NCBI RefSeq assembly: GCF_036321535.1
Contig: NC_087436.1
Location: 31,622,001-31,686,000 of the forward strand
DNA from: Camelus dromedarius
Lineage: Eukaryota
Reading direction: 5' to 3'
Length of the DNA stretch: 64,000 nucleotides
Under the pieces are notes generated by a model. The model was not told the origin of the DNA. It worked only from the letters and a program-made list of their open reading frames with translations, and did not search any database. Positions within the stretch are counted from its first letter, which is position 1; each line of letters starts with the position of its first letter. Made by a program: the position numbers and the translations under genes. Shown here in pieces: positions 1 through 11,546 of the stretch.

Positions 1-380
1 AAGTGAAATAAGTCAGAGAAAGATAAATACCATACGATTTCACTTATATGTGCAATCTTAAAAATGAAGCATATAAACATAACAGTGGAAACAGAGCTAT
101 AGAAACAGTGAACAAACAAGTGGTTTTCAGAGGGGGTTTGTAGAGGTTGAGGGATAAGTGAAGTGCAGGAGTATATTAAGAGGCAGACTTACAGTCATAA
201 AATAAGTCATAGGGATGTACTGTACAACATAGGAAATATAGACAATAAAATAGTGTAATAACATTGGTGACAATGGTAACTAGACTTACTGTGGTGATCA
301 TTTTGTAATGTATAAAAACATTGAATCACTGTGTTGTACACCTAAAACTGATAGAACATTGTGAGCCAATTATACTTCAG
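1..380 (+). mobile_element. 3' end of an older LINE-1 (L1MA-like ORF2 terminus and 3'UTR); outermost host of the nest
   Basis: The stretch aagtgaaataagtcag...tcacttatatgtg...tgtacacctaaaact...caattatacttcag is a typical L1 3' terminus. Its A-tail resumes at 4972. Confidence 0.85.
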
Positions 381-2626
381 CTTTTTTTTTTTTTACAGCT
401 ATGGAAAATACTTTTTAAAAATTTTTTTTAACATTTTTTAATTGAGTTATAGTCATTTTACAATGTTGTGTCAAATTCCAGTGTAGAGCACAATTTTTTA
501 GTTATACATGAACATACATATATTCATTGCCACATTATTTTTCACTGTGAGCTACCACAAGATCTTGTGTATATTTCCCTGTGCTATACAATATAATCTT
601 GCTTATCTATTCTGCATATGCCTGTCAACATCTACAAATTTTGAACTCCCAGTCTGTCCCTTCCCACCCTCCTACCCCTTGGCAACCTCAAGTTTGTATT
701 CTATGTGTATGAGTCTGTTTCTGTTCTGTATTTGTGTTCTTTTTTTTTTTTTTTTTTTTTTTAGATTCCACATATGAGCGATCTCATGTGGTATTTTTTC
801 TTTCTCTTTCTGGCTTACTTCACTTAGAATGACATTCTCAAGCGACATCCATGTTGCTGCAAATGGCGTTATGTTGTCTTTTTATGGCTAAACAGTACTC
901 CATTGTGTAAATATACCACCACTTCTTTATCCAGTTGTCTGTTGATGGACATTTAGGCTGTTTCCATGTCTTGGCTATTGTAAATAGTGCTGCTATGAAC
1001 ATTGGGGTGCAGGTGTCTTTTTGAAGTAGGGTTCCTTCTGGATATATGCCCAGGAGCAGGATCCCTGGGTCATATGGTAATTCTATTCCTAGTCTTTTGA
1101 GGAATCTCCATACTGTTTTCCACAGTGGCTGCACCAAAGTACATTCCCACCAGCAGAGTAGGAGGGTTCCCTTTTTCCACAGCCTCTCCAGCATTTGTAA
1201 TTTGTGGACTTTTGAATGATGGCCATTCTGACTGGTGTGAGGTAATACCTCATCGTAGTTTTGATTTGCATTTCTCTGATAATTAGTGATATTGAGCATT
1301 TTTTCATGTGCCTATTGATCATTTGTGTTTCTTCCTTGGAGAATTGCTTGTTGAGGTCTTCTGCCCATTTTTGGATTGGGTTGTTTGTTTTTTTCTTATT
1401 AAGTCATATGAGCTGCTTATGTATTGTGAAGATCAAGCCTTTGTCGGTTTCATTGTTTGCAAAAATTTTCTCCCATTCCGTAGGTTGTTGCTTTGTTTTG
1501 CTTATGGTTTCCTTTGCTGTGCAGAAGGTTGTAAATTTCATTAGGTCCCATTTGTTTATTCTTGCTTTTATTTCTATTGCTTGGGTAGACTGCCCTAGGA
1601 GAACATTTTTGAGATGTATATGAGATAATGTTTTGCCTGTATTTTCTTCTAGGAGGTTTATTGAATCTTGTCTTATGTTTAAGTCTTTGATCCATTTTGA
1701 GTTTATTTTTGTGTATGGTGTAAGGGAGTGTTCTAGCTTCATTAATTTACATACTGCTGTCCAGTTTTCCCAACACCATTTGTTGAAGAGACTGTCTTTT
1801 TTTTTTTTAACATTTTTTTTTTATTGAGTAATAGTCATTTTACAATGTTGTGTCAAATTCCAGTGTGGAGCACAATTTTCAGTTATACATGAACATACAT
1901 ATATTCATTGTCACATTTTGTTTTTCACTGTGAGCTACCACAAGATCTTGTATATATTTCCCTGTGCTATATACAATATAATCTTGTTTATCTGTTCTAA
2001 ATTTTAAAATCCCAGTCTGTCCCTTCCCACCCCGCTACCCCTGGGCAACCACAAGTTTGTATTCTATGTCTGTGAGTCTGTTTTCTGTTTTGTATTTATG
2101 TTCTTTTTTTTTTTTTTTTTTTAAGATTTCACATATGAGTGATCTCATATGGTATTTTTCTTTCTCTTTCTGGCCTACTTCACTTAGAATGACGGGGAAC
2201 ATCCATGTTGCTGCAAGTGGCGTTATGTTGTTGGGTTTTGTGGCTGAATATATTCCATTGTGTAAATATACCACCACTTCTTTATCCAGTTGTCTGTTGA
2301 TGGACATTTAGGCTGTTTCCATGTCTTGGCTATTGTAAATAGTGCTGCTATGAACATTGGGGTGCAGGTGTCTTTTTGAAGTAGGGTTCCTTCTGGATAT
2401 ATGCCCAAGAGGGGGATCCCTGGGCCATATGATAATTCTATTCCTAGTCTTTCGAGGAATCTCCATACTGTTTTCCACAGTGGCTTTCCTTGCTTCCCTC
2501 TCCCACTCTTAATGATTTAGATGTCTTCTTTTACAATTTTGTGTTTATTCTATTTGTAATTCATGGTAGTTATCACTTTTCCAGTTAGAAGTTTCTCATT
2601 TTTGTAACATCCTGCTTCTTTTCTAT

Positions 2627-3524
2627 TTAGAGTAGACCTATCAGTATTTCTTTTAGCATGGGTTTCGTGTTGCTAAACTCTTAGTTTTTGCTTGTCTGTG
2701 AAGTTCTTTATCTCTCCTTCTATTCTAAAGGATAGCCTTGCTGGATAGAGTATCCTAGGCTGCACCTTTTTTTCACTCAGGACTTTGAATATATCTTGCC
2801 ACCCTCTTCTGGCCTGTAGTGTTTGTGTAGAGAAATCAGCTGAGAGCCTTATGGCGGTTCCCTTGTAACTCACTCTTTGTTTTTCTCTTGCTGCCTTTAG
2901 GATCATTTCTTTATCCTTGACGCTGACCATCTTGATTATGTATGTCTTGGTGTGTTTCTGTTTGGGTTCTTCCTGTTTGGGACCCTATGAGCCTCCTATA
3001 CTTGGATATCTGATTCCTTCTTTAGGTTTGGGAAGTCTTCAGTCATGATTTCTTCAAAGACCTTTTCAATCCCCTTTGTTCTTTCTTCCCCTTCTGGAAC
3101 CCCTATTATGCATAGATTGGCACGCTTTATATTATCCCATAGATCCCTTATATTGTTTTCATTTTTTTTTATTTGTTTTCCTCTTAGCTGTTTTGATTGG
3201 GTGCTTTCTGTTGTCCTGTCTTCTAGGTCACTTATTCGTTCCTCTGCATTATCTAGCCTGCTTTGTACAGCCTTTAGTTCAGCTCTCATCTCAGCAAATG
3301 AGTTTACTAATTCTACTTGGTTCTTCTTTATAAATTCTATTTCATTTTTGACATTTTATATCTCTAAACACTATTTCTTTTATTTCTTTCAGTACTTTGA
3401 TTACTCCTTTTTTGAAATCTTGATCTAGTAGGTCATCAATGTCTATTTCCTTGATCATGCTTTCAAGGGATTTCTCTTGATCTCTTAATTGAGAGTAGTT
3501 CCTCTGCTTCTTCATATTGCTCAT
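2627..3524 (-). pseudogene. L1 ORF1p, broken by frameshifts and stops
   Basis: Three ORF pieces: MSNMKKQRNYSQ..., ...EERISDLED...LWDNIKRANLCIIGVPEGEE..., and ...ILKAAREK...IRLSADFS...ARRGW...YPARLSF. These carry the diagnostic ORF1p motifs. Confidence 0.92.
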
Positions 3525-3539
3525 ATCTCTCTGGCAATG

Positions 3540-4652
3540 GTGGGCAGGTGGGTCATTCCCCCTACCGATGTCACAATCAGATGCTGTGTTCGGGTGAGGC
3601 AGGTGGGCAGATCACGCCCCCTCCCAGCACCGTGGTCAGGTGCTGCGTTCCTGCCAGGAAGGCGGGTCGCTGCTCGCCCTCTGCCTGCGCCAGTTGCTCT
3701 GCTTCTCTGTGCAGTTGCCCGCTCCACCTCGGGTCGGCGCTCCGTAGGCGGGCTCAGGAAAGACTCAGAACAGCCCTGCCCCTGCTCCGTGACAAATCTC
3801 AGCTCCTTGTTTGTCTTGGCAGTACGAGTTCTCTGAGGTGCCAGGGCAGAAAGATCTTACCTACTTTGGGCTGTAAACAAGTCTCAGTCCTGCCTAGGAG
3901 GTTGTGGAGCCCCCGGGTGCAGAGTCAGGGCTTGGCCCCGGCTCCGACCCCGACCAGGTGCTGCGCACAGGAGGATATGGCAGCTGTGTCTGCGCCCTGC
4001 CTCTCTTCTCGCGAGAAGCACCAGTAATGGCACCGTGGTCTGAGGAGACAAAGGCTACAGCACCTCTCCCCCCAGGGCACACCAGATGTGTTGCTTTGCT
4101 TTTTTCTCAATTTATGGGGGACCGAGGTTGTTCTGCTCCGTATCCCCTCCCAGCCATGGCGCACAGCACCCTGCGGTCCCCCAGGGCTTCCTCAGTGCAG
4201 CCGCCCCAGTCCTCCACCAGCTCGGGCAGCCTGTCCTGGCCCCCAGCTGCCAGCTCACATCTCGGGCTGGGTGTCACAGGGACCCTCTGTGCCTGTTTAA
4301 CTTAGTTCTGTCGGACAAGGGGTGCTCTGGGCAGATCTGAGCCTCGGAGGCTACCCCTCCGTCCCGCTGACCTCTCCGTTGGAAGAGGGAGACCCAGTGA
4401 ATGAGCACTAGTCCTCCTTTGCCGCTCCCTCCCTGCAGGACCGGTCCCGCACTGTTTTGCTTTTTCTTCTTTCTTTTTTCCTTTTGTCCTACCAGATTTT
4501 TGGCGTCTTTGTCTTTCGAAGAGGGCAGTGTTCTATAGGAGTTTGGCAGGTGCTCTGGTTGGCTGAGTGGGTCCGTAGATGTGAGTTTTGGTAAATTTGT
4601 GGGAGAGGTGAGCTACAAGCATCCTTCTACTCCTCCATCTTGCTTCTCTCCC
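3540..4652 (-). promoter_or_regulatory. GC/CpG-rich L1 5'UTR (internal Pol II promoter region)
   Basis: The only strongly CpG-rich block in the window. A YY1-like aagatgg motif sits at the element's 5' end. Activity is not shown by the sequence. Confidence 0.65.
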
Positions 4653-6155
4653 TGAAGAGACTGTCTTTATTCCATTGTATATTCTTGCCTCCTTTGTCAA
4701 AGATTAGTTGACCAAAAGTTAGTGGGTTCATTTCTGGGCTCTCGATTCTGTTCCATTGGTCCATATGTCTGTTTTTGTATCAATACCATGCTGTCTTGAT
4801 TACCGTAGCTCTATAGTATTGTCTGAAGTCTGGGAGAGTTATTACTCCAGCCTCTTTCTTTTTTTCAGTAATGCTTTGACAATTCTGGGTCTTTTGTGGT
4901 TCCATATAAATTTGATCATGATTTGTTCTAGTTCTGTGAAACATGTCCTGGGTAATTATACTTCAGTTTTTAAAAAGTGACCTTGCAAGCTAAAATCTTG
5001 GGAGTGATGTTTATAGTCAATGGCTTAAAATTATTGTTTGGGACCTTCAAAACATTTTTCCAAAATACTAAAAACTGTCTTACTTTTGATTAAAACTTTA
5101 CTGTTTGTTATAAATGATAAGTTTTTTTTGTTACAAAGAAAGGAAATATCTTAATTCTTAACTTTATAATTTTAAATAGGTGTACTAAATAAATATAATT
5201 TTACTATTATATAGTTTCATTTCATTGTTAGTTAAAAAGTATTAGCGGACAGCTAAATTGATTAAGATGGAAATATTTGTATGGTGGGAAAGAAGGAATA
5301 TTATGCCATCCTTAAAATATCTACAGAAAACTTTATAATATGGGAGAATGCTTTTGTTTCAGTAATACACTTTAAAAAGCAGATTATAATAGCAATGTGT
5401 CCACTTTTAATGGAGAGTAAAAACTCTGCTAGAAAATACATTACAGCATTATTAATGGTTTTTCTCTGAGATTTGGTATGTCTTTTTTGTTAAACTCTTG
5501 TTATATTTATGTATTGATAATTTTTATCTTATGCAAATGTCATTTTATATCAGAGAGTAAGTACTTCTAATACTATAAGATATTTAAAAGTAAGAACCTT
5601 ATGTTACTGATACTTCTAAGTACTTAAAAAAATTTTCGTTAGAGAATAATTAGCAGTTGTCCTTTTTTTAGGGAGTAATGAAGTTTCTTGTTTTTGATGA
5701 GGTATTTGTCTTATGAGCTTCATTGTATTTGATGAACTTTGTTTTCAATAAATATATTTTTAAAATTAAGATTGGATTTTTTCTAGTTTCAAAGAAGATT
5801 TTTTCCTTTGGTAGATAATTCTGTTTAAATTATTTTAGAGAGATGGATGTAACTCTGGAAAATTTTTATCTTGAGATGTGTTTATAATAATATTTTCTGC
5901 TTATAATATAAATTGTTTTCAAATTTTTCTAATGTTATGAAATGTTTTTCCTTCTAGGTTCATATAATTTTGATATAAAAATCTAATTAGTCTTTTAAGT
6001 TGAACCTTTTTATGCTTTTTTAAAAATTTTAAAGCATGAAATATAATTTAATGTAAGATTAAAGTTGAATTTAAGGTTTCCTAGGTATGATCAAGCTTAT
6101 TAAGAATGTGCTGGAAAAGAAAGCCTCTAGTCTTGATTTCATAACCATGAATAAT

Positions 6156-6240
6156 TTTAGTCAGCTCTAGTTGAACTAGTTAGATGTCAGATGCGTTTAG
6201 TCAGCATCTAACTTGAACTAGTTAGATGTCAGATGCGTTT
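6156..6240. repeat. Tandem duplication of a ~40-bp unit with internal quasi-palindromes
   Basis: Units tttagtcagctctagttgaactagttagatgtcagatgcg and tttagtcagcatctaacttgaactagttagatgtcagatgcg. Confidence 0.9.
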
Positions 6241-6294
6241 TGTGAAGCACAGTGAAGAAAATAACAATAGTACAAGGTTTAAAATTCCATTTCC

Positions 6295-7221
6295 TGCTTA
6301 ATAAAGCTAAACAAGCAATTCTCCAAGGAAGGCATACAAATGATCAATAGGCACATGAAAAAATGCTCAATATCAGTAATTATCAGAGAAATGCAAATCA
6401 AAACTACAATGAGGTATCACCTCACACCAGTCAGAATGGTCATCATTCAAAACTCCACAAATGATAAATGCTGGAGAGGCTGTGGAGAAAATGGAATCCT
6501 TCTACACTGTTGGTAGGAATACAGTTTGGTGCAGCCATTGTGGAAAACAGTATGGAAATTCCTCAGAAAACTAATAATAGACTTACCATATGACCCAGCA
6601 ATCCCACTTCTATGCATATATCCACAGGGAACCCTACTTTAGAAAGACATCTGCACCCCAATGTTCATAGCACTATTGACAATAGCCAAGACATGGAAAC
6701 AATCTATATATCCATTGACAGATGACTGGATAAAGAAGATGTGGTATATTTATACAATGGAATACTACTCAGCCATAAAAAATGATAAAATAATGCTATT
6801 TGCAGCAACATGGAAGAATGTCATTCTAAGTGAAATAAGCCAGAAAGAGAAAGAAAAATACCATATGATATCACTCATATGTGGTATCTAAAAAAAAAAA
6901 AAAAAAAGACAGATGAACTTAATATATAAAACAGAAACAGACTTTCAGACATAGAATACAGACTTGTGGTTGCAGTGCAGAGAGGGGTTGGAAGGGATAA
7001 ACTGGGAGTTCGAGATTTGCAGATACTGACTGTTATATATAAAATAGATAAACAAGATTATACTGTATAGCACAGGGAAATATATTCAATATCTTGTAGT
7101 AGCTTATGGTGGAAAAGAATATGAAAATTAATATATGTATATTCATGTATGATTGAAGAATTGTACCATACACCAGAAATTGACAACATTGTAAATTGTT
7201 TATACCTCAGTAAAAAAAAGA
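6295..7221 (+). mobile_element. 5'-truncated L1 (ORF2 tail and 3'UTR)
   Basis: Encodes [14 protein letters not shown]...YHMISLICGI. TSD aaaattccatttcc (6281-6294) and aaaatcccatttcc (7222-7235), preceded by TTT/AAAA. Confidence 0.92.
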
Positions 7222-7599
7222 AAAATCCCATTTCCATTTAAGTAACTAGATGAAATTACTATCATATTTAAATTTTTTCTGAATGAGTTATTTCATCCAC
7301 TAAAAAGGTATAATTTCTGAATTTTACTTCTTTGAAAAATTAAAATCTTCCTAGGACAAACTGAATTATGTATGCTTGAATTAATTATGACCAATTTAAA
7401 TCATTCAAAATTGTGATATAATATTTTTTCTTACAGCACATTATTTAATGGTGATTAAACACTGTAAATTTTGAGGTTGACTTAACAATGATTTTTGTGT
7501 AAAGAATGATTAGACCCCACTGTTTATTTATTTAACCTTGAAACAGTAATTCCTGTTACTAAAATTAGATTATTTTTGTGTTAACTGTTTGTTCCAAAG

Positions 7600-7735
7600 G
7601 TTGCACAGTGAATTAAAAGATGCCGTTGAAAAGCAAGTGGATGCCCTTCCCTTTGGCACAGAGATGGGGAATGAGATATATACAGATGATGAAACAGTCA
7701 GGAATCTTCAAGAACAACTGCAACTGGCCAATCAA
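7600..7735 (+). CDS. SCLT1: SCLT1 coding exon (human exon 6 equivalent), 136 nt
   Basis: Boundaries ccaaAG|G ... CAA|GTgagt. Encodes (R)LHSELKDAVEKQVDALPFGTEMGNEIYTDDETVRNLQEQLQLANQ, matching recalled human SCLT1 RLHSELKDAVEKKLEAFPLGTEVGTDIYADDETVRNLQEQLQLANQ. Confidence 0.96.
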
Positions 7736-10334
7736 GTGAGTGATTATATATATATTGAATTATATCTTGAATAAACAGTTTCTTAAAATCTGTGTTAATC
7801 CTTATTTATTAATGATAATAACAGAATATCAAAGTTGTTAATGGAATAATTTTCTGTAATTTGCAAAATAGTTGACAGATAACAAAACTTTTGCACTATG
7901 TACTCTCAGTGTTATAAATGTAGTTGCCATATATATATTTTAATTGAGTTGCAAAGCTAGCTTTTGGCATAATTTTTTGTGTTATAGAGTATTTTAATGC
8001 CAAAAAAAATTTTTAAAGAAAATAATTAATTATCCACTTGCCTAAATTTACATTTTTTATTTTTTGTGTTTTCTTCTGATAGTGTGTTTTCTTCAATTTT
8101 CAAAGATTTTAGAATTATAATTTTCTAAAGTTATACTTCTTTTAGAATTAGACTTTTTCTCTTTTTTTCTTCCTCACAGTAATTGAAATATTTGTAAGCT
8201 ATGTTGTATATATCCTGTTTTTAGCACTGTAATTTTTTGGTTATAAGTAAAGGAATTTAATTTTAATTTAAAATTTTCTATCCCTGGATATCTTGTATCT
8301 TGTATGGATTTGAATCCCATTTTTCTACTTAGCAGTTGTGCTTCAGTTTCATTTTATAAATGGAGATTAGAAATTCTGTATCATGATTTTGATTTTATGA
8401 TTATCTATGAAAAGTCTTTTTCTTTTCAATTCCTTGGGATTTTGGTTTTGGAATTCTTTGCTTTTGAAAGTGATATTTTAAGTCAATCAGATAGGCTGTA
8501 TCTACTTAATGGAGCATTGTGTAGCACCAGAATTCTTTTTTAATGTGTAAACAGAAGGAATTTGAAAACATAGTAGAGGCAAAAAAATAATTAGGAATGC
8601 ATGTTTTTCACTCTGTTCTAGAATAGTATTCAGGAAAGATTTATTAATGTTGATATAGAAGTAAATGAAAATAATTTAGACTTATTAATGCTCTCTTTGG
8701 AAAGCTGTAGCAGAATAAACATTTCTTATTACTCCTGAAAAGTACTGACAGACCATACGTAAAATAACCCTCTCTTGTACACCTTACCTATAGGCAATGA
8801 TTATTTGTCAGTCATACCTCAGTAAAACCAAAAAAAATTAGTTTAATTTATAAAAAGAAAGTGGAGTGCGAAACTGGGTAAGATTTGTAGTTTCAAAAAA
8901 CGAAACAAAATGAAAAAGAATCCTGTCTCTAAAAATCGTCTCTCTGTAGTACTTTTGTCGCTATAATTTCCAATGCTAAATTTTACTAAAACTTGAAAAT
9001 TATTATTTTTTTAAATCCAGTTGTTCTCATTTCTCACTTTTTTCTCCCTTAGCTTCTCCTCTCTTTGCCTATCTCCATCTGTATCTTGCTTAGTATTGTA
9101 TTATGTTTCTGAAGAAGGTCCTACTTTTTTGCTGCATTTTGGATTATTACTTCATAGAAGATTTGGTGAGGTTCAAGTTTGAGCAGTCAAAAAGAAAAAA
9201 CACAGATGTGTTCAAAACAAATTTTCCCACAAAATCCCTAATGTACTTTGTATATAAATATGAAGTTTTAACAGTATGAAAATTTAGGCATTTTTGTAAA
9301 GTATGAATAATAGAAAATGTTAATAAATCCATAAACAATAATATCAAATGTTAATTCTGCCTATTATTTATACATACATGTTTATGTATTTTGTTTTTTA
9401 AGTTCTGATGAAACACATTGTTTTTGTATTCATCACTAGATTGAAAGACCTTTGTGTCATGCATGAAGACTAGTTGAATCCAAACTGAACAGATAAAAAC
9501 TGAAATACAATTTATAGTAGAAAATTGAGAGAAAAGAGAATTCTTCATTATATTATGCTTCATTAAAGTAATAAATGCAGAGAATTTAACAAATAATCTT
9601 CATTCATTCCACAAATATTTACTAGGTATCTATGAGATACGAGTCACTGTGCTTCATGTTGATAATACAGTGAAGAATGTTGGCTTCTGCTTTTGTGGAA
9701 CGCACAGGCTTTAGGAAGAAAAGTCTGGTCAAACGTCTTGAGTTTGGTCTCCATTCTACTTTCTGGCTCTTTGATCTTGGGGAACTTCTTTGTGCTTCAC
9801 CTTCCTTATTTATGTATGGAGATTATAATAATTCTTATCTTATGGAGTTCTTATGGGAATTAAATTTTTAAATTCCCATGTAACACTTAGGATAATGCCC
9901 AGCATATATGTAAGTTCATAAATCTACCTATTATTTTTATCATCATCATTATTTCACAGCAAGATAAACAAAGAAGAATTAAAATTAGGTGCAAAAGTTT
10001 CTGTGTAGAGCAAGTATAATTGCTTTGGTTGCTGAGAGCACTAATATACTATCATACACCTACCTTAATATTTTTAGCTTGGAGTATTTTGTTCTATAAA
10101 AATGTGATTTGTAATATTTTTTCTGGAGGAAAGTTTAGCAAAAAGAACCCTAGAAATGTTCATATCCTTTGACCAATTAGATGGTGATACCACATAGATT
10201 CTAGCAATCTGTCCTAAGAAACTATAGTATTATAGTATTGTTTTGATATTTAAAAATTGAAGTTGTTTAAAAATCTAAAAATATGGAGTCACTGAAATAA
10301 CATTTTTTCCAAATGATGGGTTTATGTATTAGTA

Positions 10335-10487
10335 CGGTGGTTCTCAAATTGTAATCACCCGAGAGCTTATTGAAATAAAGATTGTCACCCCTCACCCAAG
10401 CTTCTGATTCAGGAAGTCTGAGATATGGTTCAGTTTACATTTCTAACAGGTCCTATGGCAGTGCTGCTAGTCCTTTGAGAACCACTG
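10335..10487. mobile_element. MER5A-like hAT-Charlie MITE
   Basis: Terminal inverted repeats cggtggttctcaaa ... tttgagaaccactg, with internal ctgattcag and catttctaaca motifs. Confidence 0.8.
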
Positions 10488-10611
10488 GTCTAGGAGAATC
10501 TACATTTTCTAACTAGTAATCCAGATGATTCTTATCGTCAGGCAGGTTTGGAAAACTGCAGTCGTTTGAAGTATGAGGCATTTTAATGATCATTCTATTG
10601 AAAAGAAAGTC

Positions 10612-10673
10612 TTAAGGAAATAAAATAAACTGTCCAGGATTATTAAGGAAATAAAATAAACTGTCCAGGGTTA
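10612..10673. repeat. 31-bp tandem duplication
   Basis: Two copies of ttaaggaaataaaataaactgtccagg(a/g)tta. Confidence 0.95.
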
Positions 10674-11222
10674 TTCAGTCAGGATTAGAAATCCAACCCA
10701 AGTCTAATGGTTCCAGATTTGCTTTTGTCTATAAATTTTAAGACTGTGTATGTTTTAGGCAAAACTAATCAATGATTTTCGAAGTCAGAATAATGGTTCT
10801 TTTGGGGGAGATTCATGGTATCTGGAAGAGAGCAGGGCATCTTCTAGGTGCTGGTAATAATGTTCTCTTTCTTGAATTGGGTCCCAGTTACATGGGTTCA
10901 CTTAGTATACAAATTCATGATTTGTGTGTTTCTGGCTGCAGGTTATACCTCAGCAATAATTTCCTTTAAACTTATAAACATGTATTTTAAGTATATACTC
11001 ATTATGTTCCAAAAATGTGTTATCTTTTCACTACACCTTCTTACCTGCTTACTAAAACTGAGAGAGGATTATCGCTGACCTGGGATTTAAAAGCTTGGAT
11101 TTCAGAGACAAAGAGGTTTCTTCTTGACTCTGTCAACAACTTGCTGAGGGACTGTAGGCCAAAAGCTTGAACCTTAGTTTCCACTTCTCTAAAAAGAGAA
11201 AAACGCTTTCTGTATGCTAGCT

Positions 11223-11546
11223 TAGAGTTTCTCAACCTTTTTGGTTAAGGATCCCTCCTTAGGATGCTTAAAAATTATTGAGGACTTAAAAGAGCTTTTT
11301 ATTTTTGTGGGGTATTTATCATATTACTAATTAAAACTAAGTTTTTTTAAAATAAATGGGAGCATGAGAATACATTTCGGTAGCCACCAGAGCAGTGACA
11401 GCATCACACATCACATCACATAAACTTTGAAAACCTCCACTGTACATTTATGAGAGGATGAGGGTGAAATAGGCAAATAATGTCTTTCTATTATTATGAA
11501 CATAATTTTGTCTTCTGGGAATCCCATACCACTCTTTGAGAATTGC
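11223..11546. mobile_element. hAT-Charlie-type DNA transposon relic
   Basis: Degenerate TIRs gagtttctcaa ... tttgagaattgct, and an internal aaaaattattgaggac...aagagctttt motif recalled from Charlie elements. Confidence 0.6.

Larger units (their letters stand above)
1800..4652 (-). mobile_element. Internally deleted L1: complete 5'UTR (3525-4652), disrupted ORF1, inter-ORF spacer, then only the ORF2 tail and 3'UTR (1800-2485)
   Basis: Perfect 16-bp TSD tgaagagactgtcttt at 1784-1799 and 4653-4668. The 5' end reads gggagagaagcaagatggagg on the minus strand. Poly(T) starts at ~1800. Confidence 0.93.
382..4953 (-). mobile_element. Young 5'-truncated L1 (pieces ~422-1799 and 4669-4953), split by a nested L1, with a 3' extension at 395-421
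   Basis: ORF2 C-terminal peptides ([38 protein letters not shown]). TSD aattatacttcag(c/t)tttt at 368-385 and 4954-4971, followed by AA, giving a TTTT/AA endonuclease site. Confidence 0.93.

Noticed and set aside
3489..4340. Several overlapping 60-160 aa ORFs on both strands, including possible ORF0-like antisense ORFs
   Set aside because: Expected from the low stop-codon density of a GC-rich L1 5'UTR. No recognisable protein.
6156..10673. Short direct repeats as a CRISPR-like array
   Set aside because: Only two adjacent copies each, no spacers, and a mammalian intron context.
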